From a virus: a stretch of DNA of 64,000 bases. Shown here piece by piece: positions 1-9,540 of the stretch. Under the pieces are notes generated by a model. It was not told the origin of the DNA, did not search any database, and was given only the letters and a program-made list of their open reading frames with translations. The DNA is taken from positions 16,983-80,982 of IMG/VR virus record IMGVR_UViG_3300044700_000345; one strand, 5' to 3'. Position 1 is the first letter of the stretch, and the number at the start of each line of letters is the position of its first letter. A program made the position numbers and the translations under genes.

Positions 1-694
1 GGAACATGCCAAGAAAATCGTCAGGTAAGTCTTGAGGCCGGGGAGCATCATGAGAATAAGACATTAACCCCTGGAGAAGAGGATCAATACCTTGTTGTTG
101 TTGTTGAGCCAAACGTGAGGCAATAACTTTCTTGATAATTAAATCTGCTAAGTTATTTCCCTTATCAATTTTTTCCGCAGTGGTTGTTTCAGTAGGTGCG
201 CCAGGGAGCTGCGGGGGTGGTGGAGTTGCCATGGAATCCAAGGGATCTCCAAGGACACGTTGAGCGTTTGCATATAAATCTCCACCAGGCTTGAATCGCT
301 TGGCGGCAGAGTTGACGGACGTACCAAATGAATCCTTGTCATTTAAAGATGCGTTTGGATTTCCACGAAGGACAGTTGCATATGCTCTTTCAATACCCAT
401 TCCAGGTTTAAAACCTCGGTCTTGAAAATATTGAAGAACTTTAGGTATTTGTCCGGTACGAGTTTGCGGCCCTTGGATACCGTACTTCTGTTGTTCGCTT
501 TGTCCAAATTGAATAAGGCCTTTGTGCCTACCGCCAGCGCCGCCAACCTTATTTGGATCCATGTTGAAGCCTGATTCCAAGGAAAGGAATCCGCCAAATT
601 GATAGGGATCAAGGCCTAAGTTTTTGGCTGCATCAAAAATTGCCTGACGATCAGTAGCAGGCAGGGTTCCAATACGAGCTTTGGGAGTAGCCAT
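1..694 (-). CDS. Lytic transglycosylase/lysozyme-like virion protein (runs off window start; absent from ORF track)
   Basis: Manual translation from ATG at 694: MATPKARIGTLPATDRQAIFDAAKNLGLDPYQFGGFLSLESGFNMDPNKVGGAGGRHKGLIQFG..., with SLT-type 'ES' and 'GLIQF' motifs; no stop before position 1. Confidence 0.75.
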   Translation of the reverse strand, partial: MATPKARIGTLPATDRQAIFDAAKNLGLDPYQFGGFLSLESGFNMDPNKVGGAGGRHKGLIQFGQSEQQKYGIQGPQTRTGQIPKVLQYFQDRGFKPGMGIERAYATVLRGNPNASLNDKDSFGTSVNSAAKRFKPGGDLYANAQRVLGDPLDSMATPPPPQLPGAPTETTTAEKIDKGNNLADLIIKKVIASRLAQQQQQGIDPLLQGLMSYSHDAPRPQDLPDDFLGMF

Positions 695-710
695 GATTGC
701 TTGTTTATTA

Positions 711-830
711 TTAACTTTCTCCTACCCAATTTGACGCTGCCTGGAGTGCCGGAGAGAATACGGCTTGTAGCGTTACGATAACGCTAAGTTTGGCAATAAG
801 GCGACGTACAAAGTTTGGGCAAAGAATCAT
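711..830 (-). CDS. 39-aa micro-ORF resembling a Sec signal peptide plus short mature peptide
   Basis: MILCPNFVRRLIAKLSVIVTLQAVFSPALQAASNWVGES*; basic n-region, hydrophobic h-region, small-residue cleavage region; downstream of a TGnTAGACT -10 box and structured leader. Confidence 0.5.
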   Translation of the reverse strand: MILCPNFVRRLIAKLSVIVTLQAVFSPALQAASNWVGES

Positions 831-923
831 GAGACTTTAGCGACAACATTGGCTTCCGTGCTCCAAGGAGCAATGCCAGTTGGAGCCCACAAGAACTGTA
901 GGCTGGCTTTAGTCTACCAAAGG

Positions 924-2369
924 TTATTTCTTGGGGTAGGCTTGCATGAATTTGGAGAACAACCCAATATCTACCTTGTCGGGATTAAATCCCGGATAGT
1001 TGGATAGCAGATCTGTTATAGGTGCACCAGGAACTTGGAAGCCTGATTGCAGTGCTTCTATTGGGAAAGGTGTTGGTGTAACTGAAGGAGGCGGCGTAAA
1101 CGATAGTTGGGTAGGCGGTTGAAAACCAATGTTTGCTACACTGCCTGCAAGGGTATTTTGAATTGCACCAAATCCTGATTGGCCTGGCCGAACTTTACTT
1201 GCAAGATCGTTCTTGCTACCAGGACCATACTTCTTGGCCCAAATAGCCATACCCATGTCCTGAGCAGTTTGTGCGGCACCAGGTAATGGTCCAGAAGCTG
1301 GATTGTAACCTTGTAAAGATTGACGAGCAAGCTCTGCTTGATCCGAGTAGCTAATTGGCAGACTAGGATTTTGTTTAGCTTGTTGAGCAGCGCTAGAGCG
1401 TTCAGCTTGGTAGGCACGTTCTGCTGCTGCGCCACCAGGAGGAGGGGGAAGTGTGGGAGCAGGCGGGGCTGTACGAGGCTGAGCTTGGTTTGAAATATTT
1501 GTTTGCGGAGGAGCTCCTGGAGTAGTGGGTAAATTAGCACCAAATAATTTATTAAAACTTTCAGGTGATTGAAACCCATAATCTTTGCCTGCCCATCTCA
1601 AGCTACCGTCTCTATTTTTAATGTTGGGATCTCCGGCTTGAGATTGACGCCAATATTCCGGCCTGCCCCTGTGAGTTACTATATTTCGAGCCTCTTGTGC
1701 ATCAGTAAGTCCAAGAGGGTTATACATATCATTTGCAGCAATGGCGGCTACAACTCCCAAAGGCGTGAGGCCTCCTAGGGTAAGGGCACTCTGTAGAGTC
1801 GCTTGATTTTTTGCGCCAATAGGCAATAAGTTTACCGCCGCTCCTGCTGCAGAATTTTTTAAATTAACAGGATTTAAAGGGTTGAATGCTTTACCAATTT
1901 TGCCAAGCGCAGTACCAGGTGTCCTGGTGGCAAAAGGATTTAATGCTGTAGGCAATGCACCTTCGAGTCTTTGGAGACCGCCTTGTACGCCTTGCTGAAT
2001 TGATCCAATTGAAGGACCTGCAGCTCGGCCCAGGATATTGGTTATACCACGTCCAGTATCTACTGCAGCGCCTAAGGCATTTCGTGCATTGGTTAGGCCT
2101 GTGCGGGTTGCATTGTAAATGCGCTCATCAATGAATGGCGCTTGAGGCGGATACGGAAGATTTGCTGCTGGATTAAAACGAACAGAGAGAGGTGATGGGG
2201 AAATAGCATTTGGCAGTTGCTGACCAATACGTGCTGCACCAGGGGGAAGTTGCCTGGTGGCACTGGGTACCGACCCGAAACCACGAGAAATTGCATTAGT
2301 AATTTGCTGGGCACTGCCAGGTAGCTGCCTCAGCAAGCTGTTGATACCACCAAAGTTAAAATCAGCCAT
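924..2369 (-). CDS. Pro/Gly/Gln-rich putative internal virion protein
   Basis: 481-aa ORF, low complexity, coupled to adaptor gene in the structural operon. Confidence 0.6.
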   Translation of the reverse strand: MADFNFGGINSLLRQLPGSAQQITNAISRGFGSVPSATRQLPPGAARIGQQLPNAISPSPLSVRFNPAANLPYPPQAPFIDERIYNATRTGLTNARNALGAAVDTGRGITNILGRAAGPSIGSIQQGVQGGLQRLEGALPTALNPFATRTPGTALGKIGKAFNPLNPVNLKNSAAGAAVNLLPIGAKNQATLQSALTLGGLTPLGVVAAIAANDMYNPLGLTDAQEARNIVTHRGRPEYWRQSQAGDPNIKNRDGSLRWAGKDYGFQSPESFNKLFGANLPTTPGAPPQTNISNQAQPRTAPPAPTLPPPPGGAAAERAYQAERSSAAQQAKQNPSLPISYSDQAELARQSLQGYNPASGPLPGAAQTAQDMGMAIWAKKYGPGSKNDLASKVRPGQSGFGAIQNTLAGSVANIGFQPPTQLSFTPPPSVTPTPFPIEALQSGFQVPGAPITDLLSNYPGFNPDKVDIGLFSKFMQAYPKK

Positions 2370-2830
2370 TACCTGTTAAATTGGCGAAGGAACATGCGGG
2401 TGCCAACACCTGCGTCGGCTGGGCCAGGGAGTGCCTGGATGAATTCTGCACCAGAACGCTCGTAACGATAACGTGCCTGATACGGATCTTTGTAGTTTGG
2501 GACGTAAAGAATGTTGGCTAGACGATTTGTCTCATAGAGATAAATCTCATCCCATACCTTAAGAGCTTCTTTTGCATTACTGGAACGAATCGTACGATCA
2601 ACGTCGCCAGCAATACTTTCAAGTCTTGTGGAAGGAGATGTTGCAACCTCAGTCTTTTTCTCTGCTGTATCACAGCGTCCAATTTGAATAATGATCTTGT
2701 CGTAAAAGTAAGAATCGGGAATTGTGTTTATGGATTCTTCTAAGCGGGCGTAGTCGCCTGCTGGGACGGATACTACAAAATACCCCAGGTGATACCTGAC
2801 TCTACTTTTGTCAAAATCGCTTAACTGCAC
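2369..2830 (-). CDS. Putative head-tail adaptor / head completion protein
   Basis: 153 aa, N-terminal 'DKSRVRYHLGY' resembling adaptor N-termini; lies downstream of capsid genes. Confidence 0.5.
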   Translation of the reverse strand: MQLSDFDKSRVRYHLGYFVVSVPAGDYARLEESINTIPDSYFYDKIIIQIGRCDTAEKKTEVATSPSTRLESIAGDVDRTIRSSNAKEALKVWDEIYLYETNRLANILYVPNYKDPYQARYRYERSGAEFIQALPGPADAGVGTRMFLRQFNR

Positions 2831-2869
2831 TTATGAGATTCTTTGTTCTTTTATTATAAAAGACAACAA

Positions 2870-3583
2870 TCAACTTAAGGACAACATTGACGGATTCAAT
2901 ATCTTGTCTTCATATGGGTTAATACCAGAATTCATAAAGCTAGTTAAAAAGTCTTGAGGTTTTTTGGGCGTTAATTTCTGTTCAAGCATTGACCCAATAA
3001 GTTGCTCTGTTAGTGTTGGTTGCTTTTCTTGCTGACCAAAGATTGTAGCAAGAATTTTGTTAGCTGCGTTCTCAATAGCATTTTGATCAGAAGTTGAAGA
3101 AGTAGTTTGTGGTGGTGTTTTTCCAGGGAAATTTGCTTCTTTACCTAATGATTGCAAATGGGCTACCCCAATTTCGTATCGTTTATCAGGAGTAATAAAA
3201 ACCCCTTGATTACCAAAGCCAGCTTGATTTGCTCTTGGAATATATTGTCCTCCTTCCGATACAAATTTTACGGGCGTTCCACGGGGGCCAGCCACGTCCC
3301 AACCTTTATGGTCACTAGATGCGCCCCCAGTAGGTGCCGTCCTGGGGCCATAATCAGAAGTAAGGGATAGACCGGTTTCTGGATTAAACTCAAGGCTTCC
3401 TTTTTTACTTTTCCTAATTAATGGAATTTCATTTTGGCCTACGCGATAACCAGTGAGTAGATGCTTAAATAATGCCGGGTCTTTATATTCATTTGTTTGA
3501 AGATCCCTTACGGAAAAATGCCCATGAACACCGGTAGAAATGCCAGTGTCTCCCAGACCACCAATATAGTATTTTTGCGCCAT
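2870..3583 (-). CDS. M23-family peptidase-like virion protein
   Basis: 'TGISTGVHGHF' (HxH) and 'HKGWD' (HxxxD) motifs, present in permuted order. Confidence 0.7.
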   Translation of the reverse strand: MAQKYYIGGLGDTGISTGVHGHFSVRDLQTNEYKDPALFKHLLTGYRVGQNEIPLIRKSKKGSLEFNPETGLSLTSDYGPRTAPTGGASSDHKGWDVAGPRGTPVKFVSEGGQYIPRANQAGFGNQGVFITPDKRYEIGVAHLQSLGKEANFPGKTPPQTTSSTSDQNAIENAANKILATIFGQQEKQPTLTEQLIGSMLEQKLTPKKPQDFLTSFMNSGINPYEDKILNPSMLSLS

Positions 3584-3613
3584 TAGAAACCTGTATTGAT
3601 TTATTTTAAGATG

Positions 3614-3641
3614 AAAAAACCCCGTCGAATTTGACGGGGTT
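3614..3641 (-). terminator. Rho-independent terminator
   Basis: CCCCGTC/GACGGGG stem followed by T6 on minus strand after the 3651-4061 gene. Confidence 0.75.
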
Positions 3642-3650
3642 AGAAGTTAT

Positions 3651-4061
3651 TTAAACTCGGATTAGGTCTGCCGCCAAAACTGAATCCCAGTCAATTCGCT
3701 TGATCTGTTTGAGCTGGTCAAGACTGTTGAATTTTTCCCCCGATAAGGACATCTGGAGATCTTTAATCTCTCTGGCAGTCTTGAGACCAATACCCTTGAT
3801 GTGATCAGCGATCATCTGGGCGGTTGCAGCATTGACGTTTAATCGTGTATCAGGAGGAAACTTACGAGGTTCTTCTTGAGAAGCTCGATCTTTTATCTGA
3901 AGAGTTTGCACCTTCTTGGTTGCAGTCTCATCAGGTGTAAGTTCCGTCTTGTAAGCAGTGTAAAGGCGACCGTCCTGATCTTCGACCATGAACCAATCGC
4001 CATTATCCCATTCGCTTACAATCTTGACACGAGCACCGGTTTTACGATGTTGGTAAAGCAT
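3651..4061 (-). CDS. Helix-hairpin-helix (ComEA/PsbU-like) DNA-binding protein
   Basis: 'LNVNAAT...IKGIGLKTAREI...FNSLDQLKQIKRI' HhH signature. Confidence 0.75.
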   Translation of the reverse strand: MLYQHRKTGARVKIVSEWDNGDWFMVEDQDGRLYTAYKTELTPDETATKKVQTLQIKDRASQEEPRKFPPDTRLNVNAATAQMIADHIKGIGLKTAREIKDLQMSLSGEKFNSLDQLKQIKRIDWDSVLAADLIRV

Positions 4062-4102
4062 AGGAACCAGAAGTTTTGTTATCTGGTTCCAGTGTAACCT
4101 AA

Positions 4103-4939
4103 TCAGCTAACAGTGCGGTTGTTAAGGTAAGATTCGATATCTTCGTAACTGGGAGCGTCATCCGGACGAACGTAGCACACTTCAACAACCAGGTAACCAG
4201 TGCGTCCTGCAGCAACATCAGCATCAGAAATGTACACACCACCAGAAGTGGAAGTGTCATTAGGAGCGCCTTTAGCAAACACACCAAGAGTAGTGGAAGC
4301 AGTAACGGGATAACGAGAAATGGTACCAGAACCAACACCAGAGATAGCGGGAACGCCAGTACTGGTAATGAAAGGGTTAGTACCAAAACCTTGCGTACCG
4401 CCAGCAAAATAAATCTTGGCAGCAGCATCACCAGAGACCGTAGAGGTCATGTTGGCTTGAATCGAGCCTTCAGCAACACCGGAAAAAGCAACGCCAGTGG
4501 CGGCAGCAGTAGTACCGATGTTACGTCCAAACGAAATGATGTTACCGGTAGCAGCATACACACCGGAAGCGGTGCGGCCATCACCCCAGCCAGAAGCCAC
4601 GGAGATCGCAGTGCGATACACATAAGCAGGCTGTGTGGCGCTACCAGAAATCACCATGCCTGTGATGTCGGTACGGGTGTCGTCCTGCCGGTAAGGCGAA
4701 GGAACAATCACGCTCATAAAAGCGCCGCTAGAGGTAGCGTTACCTGAGGCCCAGGTTACGGGTACATAGCCACGTTGCTGAAAGTAACGGTAACCAGGAA
4801 CAGCCAACACGGAAGTGGGGCCACCTTTAGAAGAATCGTTGGTACCATCAGCGGGGTTAGCGTCAATGTTTTTGTACCAACCATTAAGAGCATTACTCCA
4901 GTTACCTGGATAGATCTTTTTAGCAGACAAGTAGGTCAT
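4103..4939 (-). CDS. Putative capsid decoration/cement protein
   Basis: 278-aa Ser/Thr/Gly-rich protein immediately downstream of the major capsid gene. Confidence 0.5.
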   Translation of the reverse strand: MTYLSAKKIYPGNWSNALNGWYKNIDANPADGTNDSSKGGPTSVLAVPGYRYFQQRGYVPVTWASGNATSSGAFMSVIVPSPYRQDDTRTDITGMVISGSATQPAYVYRTAISVASGWGDGRTASGVYAATGNIISFGRNIGTTAAATGVAFSGVAEGSIQANMTSTVSGDAAAKIYFAGGTQGFGTNPFITSTGVPAISGVGSGTISRYPVTASTTLGVFAKGAPNDTSTSGGVYISDADVAAGRTGYLVVEVCYVRPDDAPSYEDIESYLNNRTVS

Positions 4940-4977
4940 TTATTTCTCCTATGAGATTTGAGGTTTAGGTATAATTA

Positions 4978-6141
4978 TCAGATGTTGCCGTCATCAGAGA
5001 CGTAGCTGAATGCAGTGGTAACAAAATCCTTGTTGAGGATTTCAAAACCAGCGTACAGTTGCCAGATCAAGATGATAAAGCGGCTGAAGTCATCGTTGTT
5101 ATTGATGAGCACCTGAGCGTTAGGACCGCCGATACCGACGCCAATAGCTTGAGGACCAAAGAAATAACCTTGAGCAACTTCTTGGCTGGTAAAAGTGGAA
5201 CCAGTGTCAAAAGATGTGCTGATATTCTTGGTCGGAAAGTTAGTCGACTCGAAGAACTTAACGCCTTCAAACTGCACACCAGTAGGCATGACAGGTTCAC
5301 CAGCAAGGAAGTAACCTTGGCCGGCTTGAGGACCCTGGAAGAAGCTGGCGTTGTTAGGCATCATGGGGTTACCCATGTACATGCCTTGACCAGGATTACC
5401 AGCGTAACGAGCGATCTCGCGGAAGTCAGTATCACGACGCAGGTGCATCATGAAGGTAGGATCGCAAATGCAACGATACAGACCATCGGAATAGGTCGGT
5501 ACGTTACGCTTACGCAGGTCCTTAACAATATTCAACAGGTCAGTACGCACCTGGAACTGTTGGACGTCAGCGGTGTACTCAGCAGTGGTATAAGAAACAG
5601 AGCCGTTAGAGGCTTTAGTCTTATTGCCAGGGAAGTAGTAACCACCTTGAGTGGTGTCAGCTTTACCGTTAGCTTCAGCTTTGGACAGCTCGTCAATAAA
5701 GACGCGGTCACGCCAACGACGATAGTCATCAAGCAGCGTCAAGCTACCGATTGACTGGTGGAACATATTGAGGTTACCTGAGTCCAGCAGCATGCGCTGG
5801 GCAGTGATCAGGGTCTCACGAGCAATCTTAAAGGTCGAAGGCTGGGTAGGATCGCCGGGGTCAGCAGGACCGGTGTATTCCTTAAGCACCACCAGGACTT
5901 TCTCCTTGGTGATGTTACGGCTATTGGCAGTACCAATAGTTTGGTCGGCAATACGCTCGCGGGCGTCCTTAGTACCAGGGGAACCCCAGAACTTGTAGCG
6001 GTCTAGCTGAACGGTTTGACCAGGTTGGCGAGTAAAGTCGTGGACGACCACGGGCTCTACAGCCATCTCAGCAATGTAGGCAGGGTGAGGACGGTAAAGT
6101 TCCGCACCAAGAATCTTCGGGAAATCGTTATCAAGAAACAC
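4978..6141 (-). CDS. Major capsid protein (HK97 fold, N4-gp56-like)
   Basis: 387 aa; 'HDFTRQPGQTVQLDRY', 'EGVKFFEST', 'DDFSRFIILIWQLYAGFEIL' typical of this MCP type; follows scaffold and portal. Confidence 0.8.
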   Translation of the reverse strand: MFLDNDFPKILGAELYRPHPAYIAEMAVEPVVVHDFTRQPGQTVQLDRYKFWGSPGTKDARERIADQTIGTANSRNITKEKVLVVLKEYTGPADPGDPTQPSTFKIARETLITAQRMLLDSGNLNMFHQSIGSLTLLDDYRRWRDRVFIDELSKAEANGKADTTQGGYYFPGNKTKASNGSVSYTTAEYTADVQQFQVRTDLLNIVKDLRKRNVPTYSDGLYRCICDPTFMMHLRRDTDFREIARYAGNPGQGMYMGNPMMPNNASFFQGPQAGQGYFLAGEPVMPTGVQFEGVKFFESTNFPTKNISTSFDTGSTFTSQEVAQGYFFGPQAIGVGIGGPNAQVLINNNDDFSRFIILIWQLYAGFEILNKDFVTTAFSYVSDDGNI

Positions 6142-6243
6142 TTTGCTCTATCCTCCAGGATCGCAGAAATTTATCGGGGGAAAGATTTAGACACTTACAT
6201 GTCTTATCTATCACACATTTTAGCAGTGGGTAATTTATTATGC

Positions 6244-6774
6244 TTAAACGTATTGCATAGTAGGCGTCTTATAACGAGCGCCTATTGAATTACTGGAGCC
6301 ATAAGACTCAGGATCCATAGGTGCCTGTTGTTGGAAACCAGGCATTCCCATGGCACCTGGAATAGCACCAAGGGCAACACCACCTAATCCGGCAAGCGCT
6401 GCAGACCCAGGAACTAGGCCTCCCGCCATTACCTTTCCAAGGTTACGTGGTGTAATACGATCAGCAACATTGCCTGCAGCACCAGAAAGGTCTAGCAAGG
6501 CCTCTGAAACTAGATCATTCTTTGCTCCATAACTAGAACGAGACAGACTATCTTCTGCCCGGCCAAGTAAGTTTTGAGTTTGTTGTGCAAGCTCTGGGCC
6601 ATACTTACCGGCCAAGGCAAATTTTCGAGCACCAAGTAAACCAGCGGCGCCGCCAAGGGTACCGCCAATTCCTGCAAGAGCAACAGAACCTGGATCTTCG
6701 CCTTGGGAAAGGGCGTACCCACCAGCCGCTAAACCAGCAATACCGGGCACACCAGTATTAAGACGTAAGCGCAT
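6244..6774 (-). CDS. Gly/Ala-rich membrane-like virion protein with internal LAGKY motif
   Basis: Gly-zipper hydrophobic segments; located between scaffold and capsid genes. Confidence 0.55.
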   Translation of the reverse strand: MRLRLNTGVPGIAGLAAGGYALSQGEDPGSVALAGIGGTLGGAAGLLGARKFALAGKYGPELAQQTQNLLGRAEDSLSRSSYGAKNDLVSEALLDLSGAAGNVADRITPRNLGKVMAGGLVPGSAALAGLGGVALGAIPGAMGMPGFQQQAPMDPESYGSSNSIGARYKTPTMQYV

Positions 6775-6777
6775 GAC

Positions 6778-7746
6778 TTACTCCATCACAAACAGTTTGC
6801 CGGCGACAACTTGGGGAGCAGCTTGATTCAGCATGCGCCAAGCATTCTGGGGATCACGTGCCATCGTCTCGTTGAAACCGCCCCAGAAATTCTCGGGCTG
6901 TTGCATACCAGCGGCAGCAGGAGGTGCAGGGAAATTGCCGTAAGCTGCTTGCACTTGTTGCGTGGGATAACCACGGGTCTCAAGTTGAGCTTCGTTTTCA
7001 TACACGGGATACGGACCTTCGGGACCGAAGAAACGCAGCGTGTAATCGCTGAGAACATCGGGGTTGGTCAGAATCTCGTTATATGCCAGGTTCTCCTGGT
7101 GCTCATTTACAGCGAAGTTGGCATAACCTTGGATGTTATTTGCGGCCCGGTTTCCCCACGCCACTGCGCTGTCCAGCATTGCCTCTAGTTGGAGGGCGTA
7201 CTGGTTTAGCACCGCTGGAGCTTCCACCCCGAACGCGTCCAGCACTTGGCGGCTGTCGTTGCTCAGTTGTAGGTAGTCCGCGATCGCCTCCAAGGAGGGA
7301 CCCGAGGAAGTTTGGGAATAATTGGGCGAGTAGTCCTGGCTGAGATACGAGGTCGGCGCTACCGATTGTTGCGTAGCTTGGTAGCTGCCCTGACCGTAGT
7401 TGGCCGGGGTATACGCTGTCGGTGTCGGCGCTGACTGTTGACCCTGGAACGGGGATTGGACTGGAGCGCTCAGTAGGTTCACTACTTTGTTGAACGCCGA
7501 CTCCCATGGATTCCCCGCTGTTTCCGCCTGTTGGTATTGGGGGGCGTACTGAGTAGGGGCTGATTGGTAGCTGGGGGCTGCCTGAGGTACCGCTTGGGGG
7601 TAGCTCATACCCACTTGATACCCCACTGGAGCCACCTGGTAGCTGGCCTGGGCCGCTTGCGGTGCTGCCACCACGTAGCTGCTCGGGGCGACGGCTGCTG
7701 GTGCTTGGCTCGTCTGTGGGATCGATTGGACGATAGCGTCCTGCAT
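6778..7746 (-). CDS. Putative scaffolding protein (5' part overlaps the portal ORF)
   Basis: AAGGAG SD 7 nt upstream of ATG 7746; Q/P/A-rich N-terminus and helical C-terminus; located between portal and MCP. Confidence 0.7.
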   Translation of the reverse strand: MQDAIVQSIPQTSQAPAAVAPSSYVVAAPQAAQASYQVAPVGYQVGMSYPQAVPQAAPSYQSAPTQYAPQYQQAETAGNPWESAFNKVVNLLSAPVQSPFQGQQSAPTPTAYTPANYGQGSYQATQQSVAPTSYLSQDYSPNYSQTSSGPSLEAIADYLQLSNDSRQVLDAFGVEAPAVLNQYALQLEAMLDSAVAWGNRAANNIQGYANFAVNEHQENLAYNEILTNPDVLSDYTLRFFGPEGPYPVYENEAQLETRGYPTQQVQAAYGNFPAPPAAAGMQQPENFWGGFNETMARDPQNAWRMLNQAAPQVVAGKLFVME

Positions 7747-9493
7747 AACTCATCTCCTTTTGTAGAGCTTCTAAAGTTCGATACAGATATGGAGTTAAAT
7801 CCAATCTCGGATCCGCAGCCATCGGTAAATCCGGTGATTGCGGGTGAGGGGTCTGCATCATGCCCCCCACTAGGCCAGCGAACGCTTTGTATGCACTCTG
7901 CAATTCTCCAACCATCCTGAACGGGAAACCCGAAAGCATCCCGGCCCTTTCTTCATCTGTTTTAGATGGGAAAAGATATTTCAGTGCTTCAATGCTATCA
8001 ACACCTAACTCCTGGAGGTTCCTAACCACAATAGAATTGTTAAGTGTATCCTGCGTGGAGTCTTCATACACAGGTCCCATCCAACGCCATAACATTGTTA
8101 CGTCGCCATCAGGAATCAGTCCAAGCACACCAGGTGGAATCTGTTGTGACTTGAGACATGCCATCATTAAACTTTTAACTTGCTCTTCAAATGCACTACG
8201 TGCATCTGCATACATCTTTGCTTCTTCAGGAGTAGCAGTCTCTGGTAGCTCCAGGGGTTTTTCAATTCCTGCAGTAGCAGCAAGCGTTTCACGGAACAGG
8301 CGTTCCTCTTGGTAAATAATTAATTCAAGACAACGACAAATACCGTACGTATAGATGGCAGTTGCTTTTTTCTTTGATGTTGCAGATACACGTCCAAACA
8401 ATGATTTGTATTCTGTTGCAGTTACGCCTGCGGAAATTGATAGCTCATCTACACCACCAAGAGCAGTTCTAATTTCTTCTCGATATTGACGAGAGAATGA
8501 ATTCTGGTCACCAGTGATGGCATCTGGAACAATATAGCCAACTCTATCGTTTGGCTCTAGGTTTGCAATAACGCGTGGCACACGAATTTGGCCATCAACA
8601 CCACGGCTAACTGGATCCGATTTAAATGTAGAACGGCTCAAACCATTGGGACTATTAAACCCAGAGTTTGCTGCAATAGATGGACGCTGTACAACGGAAT
8701 CACCACCGGATTCCATTAGGTCAGTTTTTGGCCTGGAGGAGAGAAGAGTTGGATTACCAAAGAATTGAATATTCTTACGCATGGTGCGAACCATTTCATC
8801 ATGCGTACAAATGTGATTAGCAAATGCCTCAAATTCCCCAACACCTTCGTTAGAAAATCCCTTGGGATTATTAAGGATTTCTACGCAAGGAATAAAACCA
8901 AGCGTATTTTTAAACGTTTTTGTTTTACCAGATACAGCGTAGTTAGGTTGTTCAAATGAAATCTCACCTTCTGAGTGAGTCTCTTCAATTGTCTTATGTT
9001 TGATTGAAAGTCTAATGTAACGTTTGGCACCTTGCCCCATGGTACCTTGACCAGTTAAACTGGCAGCCTGGATATCTTGATCAAAACCAAAACCACGACG
9101 CACCTTATAGCTATAGATGATTACAACTTCATCCAGTTCTCCGTCTACGTTGTAGTATGTGCGATACTCATGTTTACGAAAGAAGTACAGCCGATAGTTG
9201 GCCTCTGTTGGTCGGATATAAAAAAGACCCTGGCCATCAGCCAGGACGTAATCCCAGATTGAATCAAGGCGAGTATCAAGTTGATTGTATTTAACTACAC
9301 GATCAATAAAATCTTTGCGTTGGTTTCCAAAGTTATCTTGCCCTGGGAAAAATTCAACACCTTGGCGGATACCAAATAGCCGCATCTGTGCCAGGTGCGA
9401 TGCCACGATGCCAGTATCAATTGCAGACCCACCATCTTTTTCAAGATACGAGTCAATGATTTCCCTTAATCGTGTTTTAGCATCGACTGCCAT
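7136..9493 (-). CDS. Portal protein with long low-complexity C-terminal extension
   Basis: 785 aa between TerL and scaffold; 'KNTLGFIPCVEILNNP...EGVGEF' portal-like segment. Confidence 0.75.
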   Translation of the reverse strand: MAVDAKTRLREIIDSYLEKDGGSAIDTGIVASHLAQMRLFGIRQGVEFFPGQDNFGNQRKDFIDRVVKYNQLDTRLDSIWDYVLADGQGLFYIRPTEANYRLYFFRKHEYRTYYNVDGELDEVVIIYSYKVRRGFGFDQDIQAASLTGQGTMGQGAKRYIRLSIKHKTIEETHSEGEISFEQPNYAVSGKTKTFKNTLGFIPCVEILNNPKGFSNEGVGEFEAFANHICTHDEMVRTMRKNIQFFGNPTLLSSRPKTDLMESGGDSVVQRPSIAANSGFNSPNGLSRSTFKSDPVSRGVDGQIRVPRVIANLEPNDRVGYIVPDAITGDQNSFSRQYREEIRTALGGVDELSISAGVTATEYKSLFGRVSATSKKKATAIYTYGICRCLELIIYQEERLFRETLAATAGIEKPLELPETATPEEAKMYADARSAFEEQVKSLMMACLKSQQIPPGVLGLIPDGDVTMLWRWMGPVYEDSTQDTLNNSIVVRNLQELGVDSIEALKYLFPSKTDEERAGMLSGFPFRMVGELQSAYKAFAGLVGGMMQTPHPQSPDLPMAADPRLDLTPYLYRTLEALQKEMSYAGRYRPIDPTDEPSTSSRRPEQLRGGSTASGPGQLPGGSSGVSSGYELPPSGTSGSPQLPISPYSVRPPIPTGGNSGESMGVGVQQSSEPTERSSPIPVPGSTVSADTDSVYPGQLRSGQLPSYATIGSADLVSQPGLLAQLFPNFLGSLLGGDRGLPTTEQRQPPSAGRVRGGSSSGAKPVRPPTRGNAGQRSGVGKPGRK

Positions 9494-9540
9494 TAACTAT
9501 TGTCCCCTTTATCTTTATTGATCTTAGCAGTTTTTAATGA

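Noticed and set aside
148-612. Track ORFs 148-342 and 343-612
   Set aside because: Wrong frames; the real gene is the open frame from ATG 694 with transglycosylase motifs
5059-5754. 231-aa plus-strand ORF and similar antisense ORFs (4391, 7860, 27594, 30932, 63625)
   Set aside because: Shadow ORFs opposite well-supported genes, with no motifs or start signals
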